Source: Octopus bimaculoides (taxonomy: Eukaryota). Taken from it: a stretch of DNA of 64,000 nucleotides. The stretch is taken from the NCBI RefSeq assembly GCF_001194135.2, contig NC_068984.1, positions 120,389,933 to 120,453,932 on the forward strand. The letters run 5' to 3'. Within the stretch, counting starts at the first letter, position 1, and each line of letters starts with the position of its first letter. A program made the position numbers and the translations under genes. Positions 22,373-35,156 of the stretch are shown piece after piece. Under the pieces are notes generated by a model, which was given only the letters and a program-made list of their open reading frames with translations, made no database searches and was not told where the DNA came from.

Positions 22373-23005
22373 CCCTTTCATCACCATGTTTCTGTTGAAA
22401 TACACTGCTTTTGTTTCAATTACTTTTGAAAATAACAAAGAATTAACTAAGCTGGTACACGGAACATGAATTAACATGAAACTTGGGAGGCTTAAATTTT
22501 GATTACTTTAAACATTAATTATGTATCCTAGATCCAGAGTTTGTCTCAGGTGGGTTGGTAGCAAAAGAGTTAAACTTGAAGTTTGTATCACAGAACAAGG
22601 GATAGTCTCAGATGGGTTTGTAGGAAAAGGCTTAATGTGAATCTGCACAATGGAATAAGATGCTGCAGGAGATTTTCTTGATCTTTCTTACTTGAAAGTT
22701 TGTGATTTGATAAATTCCAATTCTTTAAGACTTGATTCATGCTTTTAGTTTTTATGAAGTATCTTGGGAATCAAGGCTTTTAACCGTCTTGTGACCATAT
22801 TTGCATTAAAATACACTGCCTTTCTTTCAATTTTAAAAATAATGGAGAAGTTAGTAAAATAATTTTGTCGTTATTAAGCTGATATTTGGAAGTTAAATTT
22901 GCATAAAATTTTGATGGAAGGTTATAATTTAGAATGCTTTCAAGCAGGAAGCTTGTATTATAGAATCAGGTGTGGTCTCTGGTGGGTTGGTATCAACAGG
23001 GTTAA
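22373..23005. mobile_element. Two MITE P1 copies (22373-22572 with a duplicated right end to 22633; 22780-23005)
   Basis: AAATACACTGC(T/C)TTT..GGTGGGTTGGTA..GTTAA termini. Confidence 0.75.
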
Positions 23006-23599
23006 AGAGTAAAAGATATTCTAAAATTTTGATCATGAGAATTTATTTGATTTATTATTCTTCTGCACTTTGTATTCTTTTTTTTTTTTTTTTATCATGT
23101 AAACCTTGCAGAGATGCAGCTACTGAGCAATTAGCATTCTAAGTGATTGCATGAGTAATTATTGTACTTTGTTATTGAACTTAAACAAGAGAAATATTTT
23201 TTAACATCTGCTGTTATCTCAGATCATTTCTCTTCTTGGTTGAATGGTGAGTATTAATACTGTGAAGGACATTCAGTTGTAAAATCAGCGACAGTTTCAA
23301 ATGCTTGGATATTTAGAATAATCTAACATAACTTTCAAAAGCATGTAAAAAACACAACAAGCAAACAAAAAAACCTACCAACCGCACAATTTAATAGTCT
23401 GCTTCAGTGTTTCCTTTCAACTTTTGTTTAAATGTAACAACTCTACATCATCCATTCTGTTTCTATCAATTTATTAATATTCATATTTCATAGGCCACTT
23501 AAATTCCTAAATTGTTAGCATGAGTTTGTGTTGTAGCAGTGGCATTTATAGGTCAAGTGCAGCTTAATTCAGGCACCTTAAAATGTTTGGTTAAAATTA

Positions 23600-23900
23600 G
23601 ATTTCTTTACCCCAGTTTGATCCAATTAACAAGAGTAAAACTTTAGACATGGAAATCTTGTGTAAGTTTTTTAAGAACGGTTATTTTTAGTAAGATATAA
23701 ATATATTAAGCAGTCTTTTACCTGGGGTCTTGCAGTATTTTATTAGCGTTCTATAAACATCACAGGTTGATGTGATCTGGTATTTTTCCAAAGCCTTGAA
23801 AGTAAATTTGAGTATTTTTAGCAGCAATATTTGTTTTGTATGTTTATTCTGAGGTAGCTTATGGCTATTTGATTAGCTCCAAATTAAAATCTGGGGCAAA
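23600..23900 (+). pseudogene. Highly degenerate CR1/L2/Jockey-type RT remnant
   Basis: QSFLPG..QVDVIWYFSKALKVNLSIF resembles QHGFxPG..VDVIYLDFSKAFDKVxHxIL. Confidence 0.4.
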
Positions 23901-24974
23901 ATAACGAAGCTAGTTATTAGATGTTTCTTTACTCTGTTAGCAATCCATAATCATATAACTTCAAGTGTTGCAGTCAACACTTCTTTTTAATGTGTTTTAT
24001 TGGCTTTGTAATTTCATGAACACTGTTAGAAAACTCAAGCATTAAATGAAAGTACATCCACAATAGGTTATTGTAAGCAACCACATAACTTGCTGTAAGA
24101 TAAAAGTGTATTGTAAAAGTAAGGAAAATAATAAATAAAAAAAGTAAGACAAATCTATTGATCTTTATACATAGATAGCATTAAAACAGCTAATTAGTTA
24201 TTGATCCATAACACTTTTTTTTTTCATTTTTGTAAATAGCTCTAGAATTTAACTTGTAGATCAAAACTATAGCTGTCTAGAAAAACACTTCTATTTTTGA
24301 TCTTTAAGTTAAATTTGTTTCCTGTTTTCCTTGAAAGATTCTGAAATACTCTTTTCCATATATATATATTCTTTTTTGGGAATTACAGAAAGAGGAAAAA
24401 ATAGGAAAGAAAATAATAAGAAAAGAGAGAGACGTTGCTGGATTATGAAATATTTAGTTTATCATTTCGCATATTCAAAATATAATTAGTTTTTAAAATT
24501 CTAAATTGAATGATTAGGATTAATGATGGTACTGAATTTGAAAGTTCTTGTAATACACTTTCCTACATACATATACTTTGGATAAATGGGGAGAAGGAAA
24601 AGAAACAGGTAGTTAAATTGTAAAATTTATAATTCCCTTTTAGAATGGTGAATCTCAAATCACATAAAGCTATACTAAAAGAAAAATTATTTCATAATCT
24701 TTCAAAGTAAATTCTTATGATGTCAACAACATACAATCCTTGCTGGTAAGAATAAAGTTTCTAAAATGAATAGAGAAACTTGAAGAATTGCTTTGGTCCA
24801 GTGATAGAATATCTGTCATATTTACAAATGTGAATATGTGTCTAAAGGGCAGTCTTCAACCTTTTCTATCCAAAGGATTTTCAACCCAATTTTTACATGC
24901 TATTGACTATATGCTGTGCTTGACAAGCAAGGTCCATCAAGCCAAGAGAAATCATAGTCATGGCAGATATTGAT

Positions 24975-25163
24975 GTCACACAGCTGGCACCTGTGCTGGT
25001 GACACATAAAGGCACCAATTACACTCTTGGAGTGGGTTGGCATTAGGAAGGGCATCCAGCGATAGAAAACATACCAAATCAGACTGGAATCTGGTGCAGC
25101 CCCTCAGTTTACCAGCCCTGGTCAAACCATCCAACCCATGCCAGCATGGACAACGGAGGTTAT

Positions 25164-25194
<31 letters not shown>
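24975..25194 (+). mobile_element. RTE-type 3' tail (one UTR unit + GAT tail)
   Basis: GGTTGGCATTAGGAAGGGCATCCAGC..CCATCCAACCCATGCCAGCATGGAC..(GAT)n. Confidence 0.8.
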
Positions 25195-25196
<2 letters not shown>

Positions 25197-25249
25197 GTTA
25201 ATAGCTTTAAGAATTATTTCATGTTCCCTCAGAGTTTTATAAATTCTTA

Positions 25250-25403
25250 GGCATGGCTGGGTGGAAAGAAGTTTGCTTCCAATCACATGGCTTCAGGTTC
25301 AGTCCTACTGTGTGGAATCTTGGGCATGTGTCTTCTGCTATAAGCCCTGAGCCAACCAGAGCATTGTGATTGGATTTGGTAGAAAGAAACTGAAAGAAGC
25401 CTG

Positions 25404-25449
<46 letters not shown>

Positions 25450-25645
25450 GTGAGTCTTTGTGTATGTGTTTGTCTCCCACCACTGCTTGAACCGGTGTTG
25501 GTGTGGTTATATCTCCATGCCCTAGCAGTTCGGCAAAAGATACCGGTAGAATAAGTACCAGGCTTAAAAAGAAAATAGTACTGGTGTCAAATAAGTGCCC
25601 CAGTATGGCCGCAGTCTAATAACTGAAACAAGTAAACAATAAGAG
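25250..25645 (+). mobile_element. SINE-A, full length
   Basis: GGCATGGCTGGGTGG..GGTTCAGTCCTACTG..CTTGGGCATGTGTCTTCT..(TA)n..GTAGAATAAGTACCAGGCTT..AATAACTGAAACAAGTAA. Confidence 0.8.
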
Positions 25646-26133
25646 ATATAAAGATAATATAAATATTCTATATAATTTTAAAACTTAAAATAAATGATTA
25701 AGATGTAATCATAGTACTAGATTTGGTTGCCAAGAATACTAGATTCAAGAAATGTCACAATTTTTGTTGCCTTCAATGACTCGAAATTTGATAGCAAAGT
25801 TATAGTGAAGGGACACTTTTGATATAGAAGAAAACGTTCTGTTTAGCACAAAGCTTTCCTTAACACTGTTAATTTCAAATTATATATATATATATATTAA
25901 ATGATGATGATGATTATATAAATATGTATATATTAAAGAGGTATGCATATATAAATATGTATCTAGTTTTAAGTAATATATAGAGAGAGTTTAAAATTAT
26001 ATATGTATAGTTTTAAATAATCTATATATACCACTTTAAATAACACCCAAACACATATAGTTCACAATAATATATAAATAATATATATTTATTCCTGTAT
26101 ATATATATATATATATGTAAATTAATATATTGA

Positions 26134-26180
<47 letters not shown>

Positions 26181-27258
26181 TGATATATTGATTCTAACAT
26201 ACAAATACATATATGTTTGTATATAAAAATAATAATTCTAGGATGGAATTTATAAATATTTNNNNNNNNNNNNNNNNNNNNNNNNNNNNNNNNNNNNNNN
26301 NNNNNNNNNNNNNNNNNNNNNNNNNNNNNNNNNNNNNNNNNNNNNNNNNNNNNNNNNNNNNNNNNNNNNNNNNNNNNNNNNNNNNNNNNNNNNNNNNNNN
26401 NNNNNNNNNNNNNNNNNNNNNNNNNNNNNNNNNNNNNNNNNNNNNNNNNNNNNNNNNNNNNNNNNNNNNNNNNNNNNNNNNNNNNNNNNNNNNNNNNNNN
26501 NNNNNNNNNNNNNNNNNNNNNNNNNNNNNNNNNNNNNNNNNNNNNNNNNNNNNNNNNNNNNNNNNNNNNNNNNNNNNNNNNNNNNNNNNNNNNNNNNNNN
26601 NNNNNNNNNNNNNNNNNNNNNNNNNNNNNNNNNNNNNNNNNNNNNNNNNNNNNNNNNNNNNNNNNNNNNNNNNNNNNNNNNNNNNNNNNNNNNNNNNNNN
26701 NNNNNNNNNNNNNNNNNNNNNNNNNNNNNNNNNNNNNNNNNNNNNNNNNNNNNNNNNNNNNNNNNNNNNNNNNNNNNNNNNNNNNNNNNNNNNNNNNNNN
26801 NNNNNNNNNNNNNNNNNNNNNNNNNNNNNNNNNNNNNNNNNNNNNNNNNNNNNNNNNNNNNNNNNNNNNNNNNNNNNNNNNNNNNNNNNNNNNNNNNNNN
26901 NNNNNNNNNNNNNNNNNNNNNNNNNNNNNNNNNNNNNNNNNNNNNNNNNNNNNNNNNNNNNNNNNNNNNNNNNNNNNNNNNNNNNNNNNNNNNNNNNNNN
27001 NNNNNNNNNNNNNNNNNNNNNNNNNNNNNNNNNNNNNNNNNNNNNNNNNNNNNNNNNNNNNNNNNNNNNNNNNNNNNNNNNNNNNNNNNNNNNNNNNNNN
27101 NNNNNNNNNNNNNNNNNNNNNNNNNNNNNNNNNNNNNNNNNNNNNNNNNNNNNNNNNNNNNNNNNNNNNNNNNNNNNNNNNNNNNNNNNNNNNNNNNNNN
27201 NNNNNNNNNNNNNNNNNNNNNNNNNNNNNNNNNNNNNNNNNNNNNNNNNNNNNNNNNN

Positions 27259-27450
27259 ACGCATGCGTCATACAGTCTGCCTTTTACTCTGAGTGAGAGT
27301 CCCTTTGTCGCCAGCAGGGGTAAGAGCTCTCTAAACTTTGCCCAGGCTATTCTTATTCTAGCAGCTACACTTTCAGTGCACCCACCCCCACTACTAACTT
27401 GGTCGCCCAGATAGCGGAAGCTATCGACTACCTCTAGTTTTTCACCAAAT
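27259..27450 (-). mobile_element. RTE LINE ORF2 fragment, uninterrupted reading frame, runs into a gap
   Basis: Reverse complement translates as LFGEKLEVVDSFRYLGDQVSSGGGCTESVAARIRIAWAKFRELLPLLATKGLSLRVKGRLYDACV; same family as 7925-9176. Confidence 0.9.
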
Positions 27451-27857
27451 AGTTATGACAATGGCATTTGTCTGACTGCCATAAAAATGATTTTCACATA
27501 GTGGATTACTGTTTCATATTCTTGATCACAATTGTGTGGTGGGAAGTTCGTTTCACAAACATGTTGTTTCGAGATTGAATTCATAGTGCAGCACCTTAGG
27601 CATGTGTCTTCTACTGTTGACTTATGATTTATGAGTGACATTTAGTAGATGGAAATAGTGTGGTAGTCCATTGAGCCTGTATGTGTGTATATATATGCAT
27701 GAATATCAATGCATGTCTGTCTGACTAACATATATTTATGCATATATAAGGAATATATGTATATCTGTATGTGTACACATCTATATGCATATATACTTAC
27801 ATATTGTACATGTATATATGGATATTATGTATGTACACACACACACATGCTCACTCT

Positions 27858-28013
27858 GTAAAGTGGTTGGCTTTAGAAGGGGCATCCAGCCATAGAAATG
27901 TTGCCAAATCAGACTGGAGTCTGATGCAGCTTGCCAGTTCTGGTCAAACCATCCACTCCATGCCGGCATGGACAACAGATGTTAAATGATGATGATGATG
28001 ATGATGATGATGA
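27858..28013 (+). mobile_element. RTE-type 3' tail fragment
   Basis: GTGGTTGGCTTTAGAAGGGGCATCCAGCC..CATGCCGGCATGGAC..GTTAAATGATGATGAT. Confidence 0.78.
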
Positions 28014-28123
28014 TATATATTGTATGTATGTGCATGTGTGTATATGTATATGTATATCATACATTTATGCATGCATATTTATGTATAAATATGTCTATCT
28101 GTCTGTCTGTCTATATATATGTC

Positions 28124-28166
<43 letters not shown>

Positions 28167-28823
28167 GTACAAAATATTTACATATGTCTGTGTGTGCATG
28201 TATATATGTACATAAACGCATACATATNNNNNNNNNNNNNNNNNNNNNNNNNNNNNNNNNNNNNNNNNNNNNNNNNNNNNNNNNNNNNNNNNNNNNNNNN
28301 NNNNNNNNNNNNNNNNNNNNNNNNNNNNNNNNNNNNNNNNNNNNNNNNNNNNNNNNNNNNNNNNNNNNNNNNNNNNNNNNNNNNNNNNNNNNNNNNNNNN
28401 NNNNNNNNNNNNNNNNNNNNNNNNNNNNNNNNNNNNNNNNNNNNNNNNNNNNNNNNNNNNNNNNNNNNNNNNNNNNNNNNNNNNNNNNNNNNNNNNNNNN
28501 NNNNNNNNNNNNNNNNNNNNNNNNNNNNNNNNNNNNNNNNNNNNNNNNNNNNNNNNNNNNNNNNNNNNNNNNNNNNNNNNNNNNNNNNNNNNNNNNNNNN
28601 NNNNNNNNNNNNNNNNNNNNNNNNNNNNNNNNNNNNNNNNNNNNNNNNNNNNNNNNNNNNNTGAAATAAGCATTGGCACCCGTATGGCTAATGAAACCCT
28701 TGAAGGTGATGCCCTAGCTGGGCTACAGTTCAGTTACTGATATTGCTAAAAGTCTAAAAGATGAAGCTTTCATTTTTTAGCTTGGCATGCATAAATACAT
28801 ACATACATACATATATACATTTT

Positions 28824-28880
<57 letters not shown>

Positions 28881-29074
28881 CAAAATCTTCAGGATAGTGG
28901 GTATTAAAACAAATCAGACTCTGTTAGCTGGTGATCAGAAAGAAGCAACTCTGAGTACTGGAAATTGGAGCCTTTGAGTTATAATGTACTGAAGAATAGC
29001 CTACATTTGTAGGGTGTCCTGTAATCTATCACATCCGGTGAAACAACAGAGATTTATATATATATATATATATT

Positions 29075-29285
29075 TGCCCCTCCCCTCTCAAAGGATCTTT
29101 GTCTTGGGAGTTACTTGGTGACCCTGCCAATACTGGTGGCACATAAAAAGCAGTCAGTCCACTCTGCTGGGTGGTTGGTGTGACAAAGGGCATCCAGCTG
29201 TAAAAATCATAGCTAAACAGACACAGAAGCCAGGTACAGTTTTCTGCCTGACCAGCTCCTGTCAAACCATCCAGTCCAGCAACAA
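29075..29285 (+). mobile_element. Short repeat ending in an RTE-type tail; partial second copy at 37240-37330
   Basis: CCCCTCCCCTCTCAAAGGATCTTTGTCTTG..GTTACTTGGTGACCCTGCCA..CTGGTGGC occurs at both loci, followed here by the GGGCATCCAGCTGTA tail block. Confidence 0.65.
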
Positions 29286-29379
29286 CAAAATGACAACAGA
29301 AAGCCCAGAAATGGATACAAAGATGGTGAGGATGAGAGTGTAGGTTTAGAGAGTACTCAACCTAGAACTGAGAAGGTAA

Positions 29380-29960
29380 CTAGGATAGAGCAATGAATTC
29401 TGAATGACCACAGTGGGTGAAGAAGGGAAGACTTGAGAGTATGATAGAGAGCAGGCAGGGTGTCAAGAGTATGATAGAAAGCAGGTGGGTGTCAGGAGAG
29501 AAGTAATTATAACAGCAGAGGTGGCCAAAGGTAAGATGGATTGTGGTAGTGGTGTTAAAAGAACAACAAGAGTGATGAAAAAAGGCTATTTGGAGTGAAA
29601 TCAAAGTAATTGGCCATAGCAGAGGTAAACAAAGGTCAAAGTGGGTGATGAGGTAAAAGTAAGCGTAACTGAGTGGTGGCAAAGGAGGAGAGAGTATGTT
29701 GTATGACAGCACAGCAAGGCATAATTAGAATGTATTGGACAGGGATATGACAGGGGTGTAATGCAGCCTTCTACATATATATAGGGCTACTGAAGGGTGA
29801 GGTGGGGGCAGAGTGATGAAGATGGTGTAATCAACACAGGTGAAGAGATGAGAGATAGGTGAGTTAAGAGCGATAAGGTAATGAGTGAGAGGAGTGAGGG
29901 GGATGAGTTGTAGAGAGGAGAGGTCAAAGATATAAGGTAAGAGAGGCAGCAAATGTAGGT
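29380..29960 (-). pseudogene. Possible degenerate LINE APE-endonuclease remnant
   Basis: Pyrimidine-rich minus strand; SVALYICRRLHYTPVISLSNTF resembles GGVAxYI motifs; weak. Confidence 0.3.
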
Positions 29961-30039
29961 TTTGGAGGGGACAAAATATTACATCCTCTAACTAGTAGCC
30001 TTGTACCAGGGAGTATATTTATGTGGGTGGTTGGGTCTT

Positions 30040-31360
30040 CTGCAGCACCATGTATCATCAGTCAGTATTGTCCTTTGTTGTATCCTCTGTGAGGTGCAGC
30101 ATCTTCAGGTCCTTCTTCATTACTTTACCCAATATCTTCTTTGGTCCCCTTCTGTCACAGGTTACATTAACTGAGAATGCTCAGCATTTTCGTACCTAAC
30201 AGTCATCCTCCATATATGTCATGTGTTCATGTTAGCACAGCTTTCTCTTTTGAACACACTACATCTAATTCTTTTAATACCTAGTTTTATTCTTAGCTCA
30301 TTTGTACTCTGGTGTTCATACAAACTAACATTACACATCTGTTGAAACATGCTAACTTCATTTTTTTCCATTTTAATCTATGCATGCCTTCTATATTCAA
30401 GACCCATGTCTTATTAACATGCAGTATCACAGTTATACCACAAGCACCATGCAATCTACCCTCCATTCTGAGGGAGGAAAAAAAAGACCTTTGCCAGAAG
30501 AAATAATATTCTCCTTAATATTTTCTAACTTCTTACTCTGGCTACTATATTTTCTGACCAGTCACATCCCCTTTAATAATGTCTCCTTGGAAACAGAGGC
30601 TCTCAACTTCTAGTGAGCCATTCACACATATAAGTCAATCTACTGTACTCATAGTACATATTGCTCCAGTTCATCTATCACATACAAAACGAACCTTTCC
30701 TGTTTGTCTTTCCTGTAATTCCACTTATCTCTTGTGTGTTCATAGTTTACTCTTTCTCTGCATACTGAAACAAGACCATTTCTATTTTCTTTCCTACTTA
30801 ATAACGCATTAGTCTTGCTAAGTTAATCTTGAGGCCTCTTGGTTTTAGGTTCCATATATGGAAGCAGGCAGGGATTTTCTATTTATGGAAAATCCATATA
30901 TGGATTTTACTTCCATATATTGCATTTTTCTATAATTCTATTATAGATTTAACTACAAGAACTAGATCGTCTGTATATAGGAGTACCACTCACAACTAGT
31001 CTTAAACTATTCTGTGATAACCTGCAATCATCTTTGTAAGAATATTGCATCTCTGGTATGGTGCTGAACTGCATTTTATCTAAGCTAACTCTGTTCCTGA
31101 TCAACTGTACAATGACTTTTTCAGTGACCTTCATAACCTGGTCCAACAATTTGATGCCTTTATAATTTCCTTTCTCCATAATTTGCCTTTATAGCAGTTT
31201 ACAATGATACTATAACGTCTCCCTTTATTACTTGATTGACCGTTCAAGTGACTATCATGTATTCTACTTTGCCAGATATTTTGACCATCTTGGTAACTGA
31301 TAGGTTTGCAGCTTCCCCCCCTCTTTATGTCCTCCATTGCTCTATCTACCACACTGCCAT
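30040..31360 (-). mobile_element. Degenerate RTE LINE remnants (RT N-terminus and ORF2 C-terminus)
   Basis: IIVNCYKGK..GNYKGIKLLDQVMKVTEKVIVQLIRNRVSLDKMQF (31000-31210); THKR and LEVESLCFQGDII (30560-30745); TCDRRGPKKILGKVMKKDLKMLHLTED (30090-30170); many stops and frameshifts. Confidence 0.75.
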
Positions 31361-32399
31361 CATGCTCATAGTGCCACACAGTAGGACCATGTGGTTGGGA
31401 AGCAGACTTCTTACCACACAGCCACACCTGCACCTATATAATATAATATAATATAATATAATATAATATATAATACTATATAGTGTGTATGTGTGTGTGT
31501 GTTATATGTATAACATAATATATATATGATTTATAAAGATGGTGCCTGTGATTTCAAAGGCCTGCTGTTATATATTTTTATGTATGCATACACATTTTAT
31601 ATATACACATATCTGTAATTATGTGCATACCTTTATGTGCCAACAGGTTGGGAAGTACTCAGTTCAACGACTACAGTTTATAGTTTTTATTTAAAAACTG
31701 TCTAATTCACAAATTCAGTTACTAGTTTCCTGTAAATTTTATCTGAGATCTAGATACTGTATATAGTTGTGTTTGTTGTGTGTAAAATCATGAATTCAAA
31801 TGCACCATCTATTCGCACAGTGAAGCTGTATGTTTGTTTATTGAATTTAACACATTTATTTACAACTCAACTACAAAGAAGCTGTTTCATGATTTTAATT
31901 AATACATGTTTCAGGTGATTGTAATGATATGAAAATATTCACAGGTCAATGCTTATTGTCCATCATGCTCCTCATAATTAGCCAAGGCGACCAATTCTGG
32001 CATTCTTTTTCAGTCTGTCTCTATCTGCAGATGGGATGATGTTTACACACCTGATAAGCTTGTAAATGATCAGACTAAACTAGTGGTGTTGTTCTTCATT
32101 CCATTCTGCAGAGAAACTTTTGTAGTTCAACCAGAAAATCTGTTTGTATTTAGTGGCTAAATGAATGTTTATAAAGCATAAGCATATAAAGATATTTACA
32201 GTATGTGTGTGTGTGTGTGTGTGTGTAAATCAGAATCATTTTGGATCCATTTTTTCATGCTTGTATATGCAGCACATATGTTTTCCAGTGCTACATTTCG
32301 CCACTTGTTTCATACATTATCATCTCTTTATTGTGGTCATCCTTTACCATTTCTTCCCATGTCTTTCACAGCCTTCTCTCTGCAGCTTCCCTCATTCAA

Positions 32400-32900
32400 C
32401 GTAGTTTAATTGGTACTTCTTTACTCAGCTGTAATCCTCTAGAAGATTCATATCTACGCAAGTTTAGTCTTCCCTCTTGAATATAATATCTGTTTCTTTT
32501 CATATCCACTTTGTTTTTCTTAAATCATTTCTGCTCTGTCTTTTAAGTCCATTAACGTTACATATCCAGCATTGTTTCTTTCTTGCCTTTACATATCCTC
32601 TGCATTCAATATGCATGTGTCTTGACTGTGCAGTATTGCACTTAGTAACACAAGCAGCATGTAAGCTGCTTTTGACTCACAGAGAAAATTCCTTTGTTGC
32701 CAATAACGGTAAAAACCCACTGAACTTTTCCCACCTTCTTGTTATACTGGCCATTATGTTTTTAGCACAGCCATTCTCACTGTTGAATAGGTTATCTTGG
32801 TAACAGAAGCTCACAACTATATCTAAAGAGCTTTTAACATGTTTGAAGAGATTCATTTCATGGTCAGTTTCCTGAAATTGCAAATGGTGCGGTCATTTGC
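32400..32900 (-). mobile_element. Degenerate RTE LINE ORF2 fragment
   Basis: SLDIVVSFCYQDNL..GCAKNIMASITRRWEKFSGFLPLLATKEFSL matches the VVDSFRYLGD..AWxKFRELLPLL block of the other copies. Confidence 0.75.
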
Positions 32901-33410
32901 GTCATTGAATTTTAAGAGCCCTGATTCATTGCTTTAGCTGATGTATATTGGACAAGCCATCATAGTGTTGCTCAATTGAAAATTCTGGTGTGATTATTGT
33001 TATCTTTCTTTGTTGCTTCTTAACCACATTGCTGCCATGTGGTAGTTGTATGGTATAGAAGAAACTCCATATAAGGACTTTCTTTATCTGGCTGCTGTTT
33101 ACATGACCACAACTGGAGTCTGCCAAAATATTATATTTTACTGTTTAATGAAGATGTGTAAGGGTAGCTATTGCAGTTTGATGCAATCCACAATATGGCT
33201 GAAGAGTGAAAGTGAGATGAAGTTACTAAAGAGAGTGAGTTTTTGTTACTTAGTTGATGCTGGGAATTTTGAAGAAGATTTTGGAAAGTTGTTTACCAGT
33301 ATGTCCATTCTGTGCTTATATTTGATACAATGTCCTTAAAGAGATGTGACTAAGCATTTTGAACTTGTGAAAATTGTTTCCCAGCTTTAGCTGAATAACT
33401 TATTGTATTG

Positions 33411-34190
33411 TAACATATGACCATACCAGCGCAGTCACAAGGGAGGCGACTGCGTTGGTATGGTCATATGTTATGTATGAATGAGGACAGCTGTGTGAGG
33501 AAGTGCCACTCCCTAACTGTAGAAGGAACCTGTGGAAAAGGTAGACCCAGGAAGACATGGGATGAGGTGGTGAAGCATGACCTTCGAACATTGGGCCTCA
33601 CAAAGGCAATGACAGGAGACTGAGACCTTTGGAGATATTCTGTGTTTGAGAAGACCTGGCAACTAAAGTGAGATCACAGCCACGCATGTCTGGCCCAGTT
33701 AAGAATACCCCTGATGTATCGGGTGATATCATGTGCTTGAGAAGATCTGTTGAATCAAGTAAAACCAATATTGTAGCTGTGGCCAGTGCCCCCTGACTGG
33801 CTCCCATGCCACTGGCACGTAAAATGCACCATCCAAATGTGGTTGATGCCAGGTCTGTCTGATTGGCTCCCATGCTGGCAGCATGTAAAAAGCACCAACC
33901 AGACGTGGCCAATGCCAGTACACTCCAACTGGGTCTTGTGTTGGTGGCATGTAAAAAGCACTATCCAAATATGATCAATGCCAGGCCTGCCTGACTGGCT
34001 CCTGTGCTGGTGGCACGTAAAAAGCACCCACTACACTCTCGGAGTGGTTGGCATTAGGAAGGGCATCCAGCTGTAGAAACATTAACAGATCAAATTAGAG
34101 CCTTGTGCAGCCGCTAGCTCTCCAGATTTCGGTCAAACTGTCCAACCCATGCCAGCATGGAAAATGGGCGTTAAACAATGTTGATGATGA
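33411..34190 (+). mobile_element. RTE LINE 3' end (ORF2 C-terminus, 4x66-bp UTR array, tail) with an inverted duplication at its 5' junction
   Basis: RRLRWYGHMLCMNEDSCVRKCHSLTVEGTCGKGRPRKTWDEVVKHDLRTLGLT; array units start at 33782, 33848, 33914 and 33980; tail CCAACCCATGCCAGCATGGAAAATGGGCGTTAAACAATGTTGATGATG. Confidence 0.9.
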
Positions 34191-34329
34191 GAACTGAATT
34201 ATTTTTTATTTGACCCAAGTGTTCATCTTCACTCTTAGAAGCACAAATGTAATGTATCTGTTTTAAGTAAAGTATACTATGATGCACCTAGACCAGAAGT
34301 AGAAATAATGATTCAATAATGAAATGCGT

Positions 34330-34479
34330 GCACACACACACACATACACACACACACACACGTACACATATATTAGTGTGTGAATATACACATATACATT
34401 TGTGTGTGTGTGTCCATGCATACTTATCTACCTACCTATCCACACACACATCTATGTGTGTATATGTATTTACATACAT

Positions 34480-34565
<86 letters not shown>

Positions 34566-34615
34566 ATACACACATATATATATGTACACACTATACATAT
34601 ACATACAATACATTT
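34330..34615. repeat. Compound (CA)n/(TA)n/(TG)n microsatellite field
   Basis: Read directly from the sequence. Confidence 0.9.
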
Positions 34616-35119
34616 CATGTACCTTCATTTGTGTGTGTATGTACATAATTGTTCACAGATGGCAGCCTTAAATGCTAAGTTCCTTTCTGTCTTATTCTTC
34701 CTTACATTTCCTATACATTGTTTTAACTCCCTGTCTGCTGTGACCATCCTATCTTTCATGTTTTTATTATGATCATGTGTGTGATTTGAGAGAAATTTAG
34801 CTGCTGCTGTATTATCCAATCCCATAAACTTTAGTTTACATTGTGTCTAATATCAATGCTTCTTGATCGTGTCATTCTATATCTTAAGACAGTATCATAT
34901 GACATTTCCATGAGCTCTTCTGGTGTCTCTTGGTGTACAGTATTCTCAAATGTAAATTATATAGGTGTTGCTGTTTTATCACCTAATGCCCTATTGTCTC
35001 TCTGTCTTCTACTCAGCTTAGGTCCTACTGAAAAAAAAATAAATAAAATGTATCTGTTTCTTTTTTGTAACCAAAATATGAAGTAGACTTGTTTTAAGCA
35101 ATATACTAGGATGGGATGA

Positions 35120-35156
<37 letters not shown>

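Noticed and set aside
23722-23870. Minus-strand exon-like ORF LLKILKFTFKALEKYQITSTCDVYRTLIKYCKTP with a GT donor
   Set aside because: Better explained as the antisense of a decayed LINE RT motif (VDVI..FSKA) on the plus strand.
33729-34027. Minus-strand ORFs with repeated peptides (also 8822-9059)
   Set aside because: By-product of a 66-bp (3n) period in the RTE UTR.
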